The notes under the pieces were generated by a model. That model was not told where the DNA came from and made no database searches. It saw only the letters and a list, made by a program, of their open reading frames with translations. A program made the translations under genes and the position numbers. DNA of 64,000 bases from Prevotella sp. (GTDB lineage: Bacteria; Bacteroidota; Bacteroidia; Bacteroidales; Dysgonomonadaceae), in contig JAITVV010000067.1 in the NCBI GenBank assembly GCA_031285625.1, positions 39,497 through 103,496 on the forward strand, written 5' to 3'. Position 1 is the first letter of the stretch. Each line of letters starts with the position of its first letter. Positions 10,386 through 20,300 of this stretch are shown here, piece by piece.

Positions 10386-11345
10386 ATGGAAAATATTATT
10401 ATTTTAGCAGATCATTTCCTTAACTATCTAAATGTACCAACCATGGAAAATATTGAAATTGCTGATGGTTTCAAAGGTGAGAAAGCAATCGTTACGCCCT
10501 ATAACACAAGAGAATACCAAGAAACAAATGAGATAACGAGACAGTTATTTGTAACACACATTGGCTATTATCCAGATGCAAAATATCATTTTCGCCAAAG
10601 GGTATCTGGCGCAAATGAAAATATTCTCATTTATTGTGAAAAAGGGAAAGGTTGGGTAGAATATAAGGATGAAAAATATATACTATCAGAGAATCAGGCT
10701 TTTATCATCCCAGCAAATGAAGCTCATGTGTATGGCGCAGATATACGTAATCCATGGAGTATATACTGGCTTCATTTTAAAGGCCAGAATACCTATATGT
10801 TCAATTCCATTATTGGCAAATTATTGTCCATACAAGAATCAGATAACAGCAGATACAGTGACCGGATGGTTTTATTTGAGGATATGTATCAAAATCTCGA
10901 AATGGGATATAATCCTGAAAATCTGGAATATATCAGCTTTTGCCTGATGCATTTTTTAGCATCGCTCAAATATCTGACACAATTCAGGGAAATTAAGAAT
11001 GTAAAAGTAGATGATGTGATACAGCAATGTATACACTACATGAAAGATAACCTGGAAAATAAAATAACACTAAAAGATATAGCAGATGCTGTAGGCTATT
11101 CAAGTTCTCATCTGACCACTTTATTTTCCCAAAGGACCTCTTTTTCGCCGATAGTGTATTATAATCAGTTGAAGATACAAAGGGCTTGCTCATTCTTGCA
11201 ATTCTCAGACCTAAAAATTAAAGAGATCGCGTTCCGGCTGGGATATTACGACCCGTTTCACTTTTCCAACGCATTTATTAAGGAGATGGGAATCACGCCG
11301 AAAGAGTATCGTAAAAGATATAGGGAAGAATTACTGGAAAAATAG
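10386..11345 (+). CDS. AraC family transcriptional regulator (ligand-binding cupin plus HTH); true start may be 10443
   Basis: THIGYYPDAKYHFRQR, PWSIYWLHF, C-terminal IKEIAFRLGYYDPFHFSNAFIKEMGITPKEYR; divergent from the sugar operon. Confidence 0.9.
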   Translation: MENIIILADHFLNYLNVPTMENIEIADGFKGEKAIVTPYNTREYQETNEITRQLFVTHIGYYPDAKYHFRQRVSGANENILIYCEKGKGWVEYKDEKYILSENQAFIIPANEAHVYGADIRNPWSIYWLHFKGQNTYMFNSIIGKLLSIQESDNSRYSDRMVLFEDMYQNLEMGYNPENLEYISFCLMHFLASLKYLTQFREIKNVKVDDVIQQCIHYMKDNLENKITLKDIADAVGYSSSHLTTLFSQRTSFSPIVYYNQLKIQRACSFLQFSDLKIKEIAFRLGYYDPFHFSNAFIKEMGITPKEYRKRYREELLEK

Positions 11346-11368
11346 ATTAGTCACTTTTACAAAAAACA

Positions 11369-11398
11369 AAAGCCATATAAGTTTCGTTATATGGCTTT
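11369..11398. terminator. Bidirectional intrinsic terminator between araC and the end of the PKS operon
   Basis: AAAGCCATATAA-gtttcg-TTATATGGCTTT perfect stem with A-rich and T-rich flanks between convergent genes. Confidence 0.8.
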
Positions 11399-11411
11399 CG
11401 TTTTTTAGTTT

Positions 11412-12287
11412 TTAATATCTGCCGATACCCTCTTCTTTAGGGTATTTATAGAATCCTTCTCCCGAAAGATAGCCGAGTTTGCCCTTTTTCAGGAAATTCT
11501 CTTTTATGTATTGCGCAAATAATCTATCTTTCAGTTCTCCATTAACAGCGATATTATATATTGTATTGAGTCCCACAATATCATACATTTCGAATGGTCC
11601 GACAGGTGATCCGGTGGCAATACGCCATGTTTTATCTATAGTTTCCACATCACTGACTCCTTTCAGATAAAGTTCAGACGCCGCGCCCATAAAAGGCATC
11701 AGCAGTGAATTCAGTATATATCCACGTTGTTCTTTTTTTACTATAATGGGTACCATACCTATTGCCTCGGCAAATTCTACCACAGTATCGAAAGATTCAA
11801 CATCCGTCTTGGTGGATTTCATTATCTCGGCAATATTACAATGGAACAGTAGATTGGAGAAATGTAATGATAAGAATTTATGCGGGCGTCCTGTATACTC
11901 CATCAGATGACTTGGCAGCATGGTAGACGAATTTGTCGTGAAAATTGTTTTTTCAGGAGCAACCCTGCCCAGCTCGGTATATAGTTGCTGCTTTGTTGCC
12001 GGATCTTCGGGTACTGCTTCGATAGTTAGGTCAGCATTCCTTACAGCTTCCGAAAGATTGAAGGAATAAGATATATTATTGAAAGCATTTTCTATATCCT
12101 CTTCAGCTGCATTTGCTTCCCTCAGATATATTGTTTTCAGTAAATCCAGATGCTCGATAACTTTACTGTACATATCTGCACTTATATCGTATATAATTAC
12201 GTTGAAACCTTTATAGGCTATCTGAAAAGCGATTTGGGAACCCATATTACCACCGCCTAATACGGTTACATTGGAGATTTTTTCCAT
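11412..12287 (-). CDS. 3-hydroxyacyl-CoA (3-hydroxybutyryl-CoA) dehydrogenase; last gene of the PKS operon
   Basis: VLGGGNMGSQIA Rossmann motif, IEAVPE, TNSST, LHF catalytic His, GYILNSL, GPFEMYDIVGL. Confidence 0.9.
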   Translation of the reverse strand: MEKISNVTVLGGGNMGSQIAFQIAYKGFNVIIYDISADMYSKVIEHLDLLKTIYLREANAAEEDIENAFNNISYSFNLSEAVRNADLTIEAVPEDPATKQQLYTELGRVAPEKTIFTTNSSTMLPSHLMEYTGRPHKFLSLHFSNLLFHCNIAEIMKSTKTDVESFDTVVEFAEAIGMVPIIVKKEQRGYILNSLLMPFMGAASELYLKGVSDVETIDKTWRIATGSPVGPFEMYDIVGLNTIYNIAVNGELKDRLFAQYIKENFLKKGKLGYLSGEGFYKYPKEEGIGRY

Positions 12288-12296
12288 GGTGTATGT

Positions 12297-13904
12297 TTAT
12301 TTATTTAGTTTGTATAAGTGATGTATTTCTATACTTTTTTCGTCTATTGTATTTATAATGGTATCGGAAAGTATCAGTGTATAATTTTCTTTAAAAGCGG
12401 GAAGACTCAGAAAATAATCCTGATTACCTATTTTACGCCTTTTCTGTACTTTGGTACTTCCGTCAAAATTGAGTAAGGATTGAGGAATAAGAACAAACTT
12501 AACTTCCTTATTCTCTATATATTTTGTCTGTTCATCACGCATTTCCGGATATGACTCATAAGTAAGATTAGGAGAAACAAAATAGCGCACATTGGGTACA
12601 ATACGGCATGTGGTAAATAAACTGTTTCCGAGTCCAAAACCGATATTGAGTAATGTAGGGTTCTCTTCTTTCATAATTTCATCATGCAATTTCTGAGTGA
12701 GTAAACCTGGCTCCAGTTCAACTGCAGTACTAGCAATTCTATTATTCCCCAAATCACTTTGACTATAACCCAGATATACAATTGCAGTAGTTAATATTAT
12801 GAGATAGACAGGCGAAACCTGACCTTCCACTTTCACACATTTGGATATATATACGAATAGACTGAGAAGCCCTAAGCCGCTAAAAACAAGAAAAACAACA
12901 GGGTAATACATCTGAAAAACCGGGAACATGAATATAATAATATATAAGGATACCCCAGATAGCAACAATGCCCATTTACCCAAAGTATGTCCAATATGTT
13001 TTAGAGGGAACCAGAAAACTCCAATCAACGTCATAAAAAACAATGAGAATGGATCGAGAAACAGATATACGACACGGAGAAGTATCAGTTGAATAGTACT
13101 TGTGATGGATTGCAATTCGGCATATTTGCGATTTAGTTCTATATAGACGGAATATCCTTCCTGAAGAGCATCATTTACATACAAGTATATAAGGATAGGT
13201 ACTGCAATAACTAAAATTCCGCCAATATATGTAAGCGCATTTATTGCAAAATTCTTAAATTCCTTCTTTAGCAATAGATTCAAAAATATTGCAGCTAAAG
13301 GGAAAAACCAGAAAACGATTAAATTCAGTTTTATAAAAAGTACCATGGAACAAAAAAGACCATGTATAAACATTACAGATGGTTTATGGTAAGACGCATC
13401 CTTTTCTTTAAAATACCTGACAAAGTAAAAGAGGCTGATGCACTCGAAAACAAGGATAAATTCCTCTGCCGAACCTCCCGCTTTCATCATCTTAATAATA
13501 AAGACAGGAAATATAACAGCGACTATATATGCAAATACCCTATCGAGATATAGTTTAGACAGCTTGTATATAAAGTAAACCATGACAAACCAGGCAGTCC
13601 ATTGAATAAGGAACATTCCAAAGAATGAATTATTCGATATAAGATAACCAAAACCGTATATAAAAAAGATAAGTGGTCCTTTGTGATCAAATACCTCTGT
13701 ATAAAGGGCTTTCCCATTAAAAATGCCCTTTGCTACATTAAAATAAATATTCACATCGGCCCACTCATTTGAATAGTATAATGGGGACATATGCGAACAT
13801 ATAACTAATAGAAAAAAAAGATAAAAACCCAAGAGAGCAAGTATCTTCTTTTCGCTCAGCGTATTAAAAAATTCTTTATTCAACATATAAGTTTTTCTGA
13901 TCAA
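12297..13904 (-). CDS. Polytopic membrane protein, probable GT-C fold (ArnT/PMT-like) glycosyltransferase
   Basis: About 11-12 hydrophobic segments; first loop 'DVNIYFNVAKGIFNGKALYTEVFDHKGPLIFFIY' carries the D..Y...LY.D..DHKGP signature; soluble C-terminal domain. Confidence 0.7.
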   Translation of the reverse strand: MIRKTYMLNKEFFNTLSEKKILALLGFYLFFLLVICSHMSPLYYSNEWADVNIYFNVAKGIFNGKALYTEVFDHKGPLIFFIYGFGYLISNNSFFGMFLIQWTAWFVMVYFIYKLSKLYLDRVFAYIVAVIFPVFIIKMMKAGGSAEEFILVFECISLFYFVRYFKEKDASYHKPSVMFIHGLFCSMVLFIKLNLIVFWFFPLAAIFLNLLLKKEFKNFAINALTYIGGILVIAVPILIYLYVNDALQEGYSVYIELNRKYAELQSITSTIQLILLRVVYLFLDPFSLFFMTLIGVFWFPLKHIGHTLGKWALLLSGVSLYIIIFMFPVFQMYYPVVFLVFSGLGLLSLFVYISKCVKVEGQVSPVYLIILTTAIVYLGYSQSDLGNNRIASTAVELEPGLLTQKLHDEIMKEENPTLLNIGFGLGNSLFTTCRIVPNVRYFVSPNLTYESYPEMRDEQTKYIENKEVKFVLIPQSLLNFDGSTKVQKRRKIGNQDYFLSLPAFKENYTLILSDTIINTIDEKSIEIHHLYKLNK

Positions 13905-13913
13905 ATTGTTTTC

Positions 13914-15098
13914 TTAAAGAGCAATCCCTTCCAGCAATTCGGCTGCTTTTCTATTACCTCCTGCTTCGATGAAAGATTGCTGTATTTCTCCGGCCGCCTT
14001 TTTATATGCGGGATTATATAATAATTCATCTACGGCATGCTCAATATCCTTCACGCGCATACGACTATATTTGATACGAATACCACATCCATAGTTTTGA
14101 ATTAATTGTGCTGTATGTGACTGGTCGAATGCCATTGGAATTATCAGCATGGGTATACCATTCATAAAGGTGTCACAAGTTGTATTTAATCCTCCATGTC
14201 CGATTACAACATCAATATGTTTTAATAGCTCGGATTGAGGTACATAACCTTGTACAATAAAGTTATCCGGCCATTCTTCCAAGATATTAGGGTCAGCGGC
14301 AGCAACGACTGTTACAGGTTTATCTTTCAAAGCCTCGATCATACGGCTGAAAAATTCTTTCCGACTGTGAACCAACACTGTACCTATTGATATATATATT
14401 TTAGGTCGATCACCCATTGATTTGAGCCTTTCCCAGTCAAAAGGCGTATTATCGGGCCTTCCTGTCAAAGCCCCTATGAATTTCATATATGGAGGAACAG
14501 AAGCATCATCGAAACCGCAAAACAATTGAGAAGTATAATACATATTCAATTGTTTAGACAATACAAATTCCTCATCCCCCTCAATACCAGCCAATCGTTG
14601 CAACTCTATAATAGATTTATGTACCCATTCTGTAACTTTAGGTGCACTTTGCGGATCATTTAGTGCATTAGGCGTAATTGGCGTTATGGTTGCAAAAGGA
14701 ATATTTTTTAACCGAGCCGCTAATCCTCCGACAAAAGTGATGCAGTCATTTACTATTACATCAGGTTTATACCTATCCACAATCTCATTAAACTCATCTA
14801 TCATCATTTTGGCAAAAGGAATATAAGTATCCTCCAAGCCTAACTTGAGAGCTTCCAGAGCCGGCATATTTGCACCTTTATTCTGTAATAAGATTATACG
14901 TTCTATCTCTTCCTTATTTTTACTTTCAGTCTCCTCCATATAAAAATACTTTGCCCCATCCGGAAATAATTCCATATTGAGCTGAGTCATACCTGCCCAG
15001 GCAACATCATGACCTCTTTCTAAAAGAGTGCGGCCTACGCTTAAGGTTGGATTTATATGCCCCCAGAATGGAGGAACTACAAATAAAAATTTTGCCAT
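13914..15098 (-). CDS. GT1 (MGT/UDP-glycosyltransferase) family glycosyltransferase
   Basis: PPFWGHINP catalytic His; VPQSELL...GHGGLNT...PMAFDQ donor-binding motif. Confidence 0.92.
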   Translation of the reverse strand: MAKFLFVVPPFWGHINPTLSVGRTLLERGHDVAWAGMTQLNMELFPDGAKYFYMEETESKNKEEIERIILLQNKGANMPALEALKLGLEDTYIPFAKMMIDEFNEIVDRYKPDVIVNDCITFVGGLAARLKNIPFATITPITPNALNDPQSAPKVTEWVHKSIIELQRLAGIEGDEEFVLSKQLNMYYTSQLFCGFDDASVPPYMKFIGALTGRPDNTPFDWERLKSMGDRPKIYISIGTVLVHSRKEFFSRMIEALKDKPVTVVAAADPNILEEWPDNFIVQGYVPQSELLKHIDVVIGHGGLNTTCDTFMNGIPMLIIPMAFDQSHTAQLIQNYGCGIRIKYSRMRVKDIEHAVDELLYNPAYKKAAGEIQQSFIEAGGNRKAAELLEGIAL

Positions 15099-15127
15099 CG
15101 GATTATCTTTTAAGGTTATAAACCTAC

Positions 15128-16315
15128 TTATTTTACTAGTATGTTTTCCAATAATTCTACAGCTTTGGCAACACCTCCAGCCTCCTCAAAAGATTTCTGT
15201 ACGGTTTTTGCGTTTTCTGTATATTTACTGTCATTAAGGACTTCGTTTACAGCATCCTGTAAATGTTGAGCCTTAAATCTGTTAAAGTTTAATCTTATGC
15301 CTGAACCACTACTAACAACTGTGCCTGCAACATATGACTGGTCGTAAGCAATAGGTAAAACGACCAATGGTTTAGCAAATGATAATGTTTCACAGACTGT
15401 ATTATGTCCTCCATGACATACAACTGCATCCATATGAGGGATAAGTTTAAGTTGAGGAATACGTTTACAAACGATAAAATTATCTGGTATGTACTCAAAT
15501 AATTCAGGATCGGAAACAATTACTACACCTATCTTTTCATTCTCAAAGGCCTCTGTCACTTTTTTAAGGAATTGTTGCTTTACACTATGGTCAAAGGTTG
15601 TACCTATAGTAACAAGTATTCTGGAGCGATCATTCATTGATTGAAATGTTTTCCAATCAAAATCATCTGGAAAGTCTCCCCTGTTAATTACCGGCCCTAT
15701 AAATTTATAATGATCCGGTAATTCAGCCTCTCCAAATAGTTTTTTAGATGTATATACAATCGTAAGCAATGAAGAACAGTCTAAACGCTTATCATCATCA
15801 ACACCTACACTCTTTTGAAATTTTATAATCTGCTCTCCTTCCCATACATGAACCATAGGTAAAGTATCATTTACCTTGATAGCCGCAGGGGCTGTAACCG
15901 ATGTCACATAAGGGATTCCTTTCTGTATTGCAGCTACCGGTGCTGCAAAGATCTGATGATCGTTAATAATAATATCCGGTTTGTACGAATCTATAAGTTT
16001 CTTTATACCATCCAGCATTCCGGCATTCATCGGGACCAGTACCTCGTCATACAAAAATTTTAAACTATCGAGACCGTAAACAGTTTTTTTACCAAGTTCC
16101 AGCATTTCTGTCTTTATCCTCTCCTTATCTTCCTCGCTTATATCAGCTTCCAATAAGAGAAAAGTGCCTCCATCAGGTATTCTTTTCTCTAATTGGGGAT
16201 CAAAACTAATCCATGCAACTTCATGCCCTTTATTAAGCAATTCGGTTCCGAGGCCTAAGGTAGGATTAACATGCCCTGTAAGAGGTGGAACTATAAATAA
16301 AAATCTGCTTTTCAT
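15128..16315 (-). CDS. GT1 (MGT/UDP-glycosyltransferase) family glycosyltransferase, paralog
   Basis: PPLTGHVNP; IPQLKLI...CHGGHNT...PIAYDQ. Confidence 0.92.
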   Translation of the reverse strand: MKSRFLFIVPPLTGHVNPTLGLGTELLNKGHEVAWISFDPQLEKRIPDGGTFLLLEADISEEDKERIKTEMLELGKKTVYGLDSLKFLYDEVLVPMNAGMLDGIKKLIDSYKPDIIINDHQIFAAPVAAIQKGIPYVTSVTAPAAIKVNDTLPMVHVWEGEQIIKFQKSVGVDDDKRLDCSSLLTIVYTSKKLFGEAELPDHYKFIGPVINRGDFPDDFDWKTFQSMNDRSRILVTIGTTFDHSVKQQFLKKVTEAFENEKIGVVIVSDPELFEYIPDNFIVCKRIPQLKLIPHMDAVVCHGGHNTVCETLSFAKPLVVLPIAYDQSYVAGTVVSSGSGIRLNFNRFKAQHLQDAVNEVLNDSKYTENAKTVQKSFEEAGGVAKAVELLENILVK

Positions 16316-17070
16316 CTCATAAATTCTAAAAGTTTGTCACTAACCCATTGTGGTTTCTGAACAGGTAGATTGTGATCACCTTGTCCTTTCAACAGATACG
16401 AATCCGGAATAATATTTTTCAGGAAATCTCCTGCAAACGAGCAATCTGACTCAGAGCCATATAATAACAGAGTAGGCACTTTGATAGGATTGTTGGACAT
16501 AATGTCAAACAAATCGTTGTCCATATCAAAATCCTCCTTTATGGAGGTATGATTGAACAAGTACTCATAAAGTTTCTTATTCTTTTCTATTTGTCTTTTA
16601 CTCGGCTGCAAAGATGTTGATTCGGCATAGTTATTCAGATATTGATCAAGAAATTCATTACCGTACTTTTGAAGTATCTCCGGAGCATCTCCTTCATCCG
16701 GCTTAGGAGACTCTATTACAGTAAGTTTCTCTATTCTTTTAGGATGAAGCATTGCAGTTTTCAGAGCAATGAGCCCACCATAACTATACCCTACTAAATG
16801 TACCTTCGTCAGATCCAGTTCATTCAGCAGAGCAACCAAGTCTTCTGACATAGCCTCAAGATTATAGCCATTATCAATTCGTTCACTCATGCCATGACTT
16901 TGCAGATCATACAAAACAACATGAAAATATTTGGCCAGTTCCGGAGCTATATTAAAGTAGAATACAGACATATTGGTAAACATACCATGAATCATCACAA
17001 TAGTCTGTGATGCTTCACGGTTCATTTCCAATACATGTATTTTCTTATTGTTTACCTGAATGATCGCCAT
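16312..17070 (-). CDS. Alpha/beta hydrolase (candidate thioesterase or acyltransferase)
   Basis: MIHG oxyanion motif, YDLQSHGMS, GYSYGG nucleophile elbow, C-terminal GDH; ATG at 17070 (ORF track starts at TTG 17073). Confidence 0.85.
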   Translation of the reverse strand: MAIIQVNNKKIHVLEMNREASQTIVMIHGMFTNMSVFYFNIAPELAKYFHVVLYDLQSHGMSERIDNGYNLEAMSEDLVALLNELDLTKVHLVGYSYGGLIALKTAMLHPKRIEKLTVIESPKPDEGDAPEILQKYGNEFLDQYLNNYAESTSLQPSKRQIEKNKKLYEYLFNHTSIKEDFDMDNDLFDIMSNNPIKVPTLLLYGSESDCSFAGDFLKNIIPDSYLLKGQGDHNLPVQKPQWVSDKLLEFMR

Positions 17071-17353
17071 CAACTATAAAGTTTACGATATCACCAATAT
17101 TTAATTTTACAATTTGGTCGAGATCCATGGCAGACAGCCATTTTGCGAAATCTATACCATCTCCATACTTTACTCTTACCTTTTCAGCAAAAGCGACCAG
17201 CTCAATACTGTCCATTTCCAGATCTTTTGTAAAGTTGCTGTCTTGTGTTATATCAAGCTCTTCAGCTATATCTGCACCAATTATATCTGAAATAAATTGT
17301 TTTAATACTTCAAATACCTGGTCTTTTTCGCCCTTTACCATTACTGTGTCCAT
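17045..17353 (-). CDS. Discrete acyl carrier protein
   Basis: Acidic ~100 aa protein with DLEMDSIELV phosphopantetheine site; overlaps both neighbours. Confidence 0.9.
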   Translation of the reverse strand: MDTVMVKGEKDQVFEVLKQFISDIIGADIAEELDITQDSNFTKDLEMDSIELVAFAEKVRVKYGDGIDFAKWLSAMDLDQIVKLNIGDIVNFIVDGDHSGKQ

Positions 17354-20300
17354 CCTATTATAAAGTTTTTATGTTTTAGTGTTTTCACTTCACAATCTTC
17401 TATGATCAAAGTCTCTCCTTCGATTCTCTTCACTTCATATCGCTTAGGGTTTCCTTGAAGTCCAAATCCTAACATTTTACCATATGATTCTTTAGCCACC
17501 CAAAAACGAGTACTCCATTCGGCAATATCTTTGTCCTTAAGCAAATCTAGTTCGTGAGGAGTAAATGATATATCCAGAAAGTCTTTAGTACGTTCCTCTA
17601 TTGTTTCAATATCAATACCTACTGGCTTGTCTGAAACTATACTTACGCTGGTAGATCCTTTATGTGCCAATGAAATTTCCATACCCTCTATTTCATCTAT
17701 ACCGTATACGTAAGGTTTACCATTGTCATCATATTTAATGAAATATTCGATAGGATATGTCACTTTATCTTTCTTATCCTGGACGTATGATCTTAAGCTA
17801 TCTTTCAAAGCTATTCTACTGGCAAGGTAGTCTTTACGCTTATTGAGCGGGATGGTAGCATATCTTTTCTTTTCAGGCTGATTCAGATATCTTTTTCTTA
17901 AGAATTCCAAGACAGCAGTCTTCTTATATTCACCCTCAAAGAAGAATACCCCGGGCACAATTTGTTCTGCCATCAGATTTCTTCCCGGATTCAGGGTAAT
18001 TGTCCATAATCTTTGATCAAATTCGAAACGCCTGTTCTGCCATCCTTTGGCAACACTCCATAGTTTTCCGTCCCGTTTCAAAATCATTTCACATGTTGTA
18101 AAGTCTTTATCTATAGTTTTGCTCAGACAGATACATTCAAACAGCCCTTCCTGATCATGCATATCCTGATAAAATGTAATATCCTGAACCTTTACAGGGA
18201 AAGTTACATTATTTATTTTCAAAATCAAATGTAAATAAAGCCCATATGTCTGTCCCATATTATCTAATAAAGAACCTTTACCTTCCTGTTTCCGTATATA
18301 GGCTCTTATACCTTTTTCGGTTACATGCGTAACTTTTTCTATACCTTGATATTCAACTCCGTGAAACATATAATTTTCATATATATCCTCGGGAGTAGGT
18401 AAATAGCTTATATTTTCACCCAAATCAATATAATTTTCGTAATATGGATCCGGAGTAGGCAGAGTATCTTTTAGAACAACCTCACCCGAGGCAAAATTCT
18501 TAATACCCAGAGAAATGAGTTCTTCAGATTTCCATACACCATTTATTTTCTGGATGAACGGGGTATGGACTTCCATCCATTGAAATACACTTATAGGGCC
18601 TATACTTACTATTTTTTTAGATAAATCCTGCTTATGTGCAGCTTCTGCCAATAGCTCGAAAGTCATAGTCATAGGAATTACCGGATTTAAATCCTCCGGA
18701 CAATCCCAGTACGATGGTTGTTTCACTAATGAGTGTCCCATCAGTGTAGGGTATGTCTCTAATGAAACATATAGATCTTCAACAAAAGATGTCCCTGTTT
18801 TAGCCTGAGTTTTTACAACTACAGGTTCTACTTTCTCAATTACAGGCTGTATTGTATTTATCACCTGAGGCTGAGGCTGAGGTTGTGGTGCAGTTACAGG
18901 TAATGATTTTACCACAGGTACATTTCCATTCGATTCTCCCCTTTCTTTAAATAATCTGGCCAGCTCCATTTGCATCTGGGCCATTTCTTTCATGTTTTCA
19001 TTCAAGGCAGCCATTACCGGATGCGATGTATCTACTGCCAATGAACCGAAATCAACATTAGAAGTAGCTTTCGCACGTTCTTTTACATGTTGGCTTAGAA
19101 TAGGGAATTCTGTCTGAACATCCATAAACATCTGCAACCTCATCCCTTTGCCGGATTTCTTTTTATTCGCCTTTTCTACATTAAGAAAAGACATGTCCAC
19201 ATCGCGGCCTTCGATATAAAGCAGAGCCATTACACGCCTTAATTGTTCCAATGTAGTTCTTTGACTACTAGTTTCAGATATAGCACTGTATGGCTTATTA
19301 GTAAATATATCGTCTACAAATCCGACAAGACTTCCCCCTCCTACTTGAATAAATACACGTGCGTTCTCTTCCTCATAAAGCTTTTCAACTAACTCCCGGA
19401 ATCTTACACCTTCAAGAAGATGCTTCACAGATAGGGCCTTAATATCCTGAGCTTCGGTTGGATAAGGCTCCAATGTATTGGTAGACCACATAGTTACTTC
19501 AGGGTCATTAAACTCAAGATGCTGAAATGAGTCTTCCAAAAGATCAAGCCTGTGTTTTATGAAAGGAGTATGGAATCCCGATTGATACGGTAAAACCTGA
19601 AAGAAAATCTGCTCCTGTTTAAGCCCTTCTGACAACTTCTTTACAGCATCTTCCGTACCACAAAGTAATACCTGATTTGGACAGTTATCATTAGATAAGT
19701 AAAGATCGGGAATTGTATCCAGATACTTTTTCACTCTTTCTCTACCTATACTTACAGCGATGAAGAAAACCCCATCAATCTTGTACTGGCTTGCATCCAG
19801 ACAATTGATAAGTTTTCTGATCGACTTAGCGGATACCATACCTGATGCTTCCACCCCGAACCATTCTCCGAGGCTGTGTCCGGCATTCATATCTGATTTT
19901 AAGTTCAGCGCCTTCAGCGACATATCCATCGCCCTATTTATCCGATATAGCCTTAGTACATTATCTACCATTTCACTCTCACTCGATCTGTATTCCTCTT
20001 CAGGCAGATTAAGTTTGAAATGATTGAGCAAGCTATCTATTTCAGGATTTACAGACGGATCATATCCTGGGTATAAAAAGGCTATTTTCCCTCCGTTTTT
20101 GATAAGTGGTTTGTTAGTATACCAAATATCTTGACGACCTTTCCATACCAAATCTTTCTCTATAAATTTTATTGCTTTTTCTATCCTGTCTGGTGTCGGA
20201 TTAAAGACCACCAAGCGGTAATCTCCATCCTGATTTGCAGATGATGTTTCTCCATTACGAAGGCTTTTTATCAATGCCTCTTTAGTCGGTGCTGTTAAAG

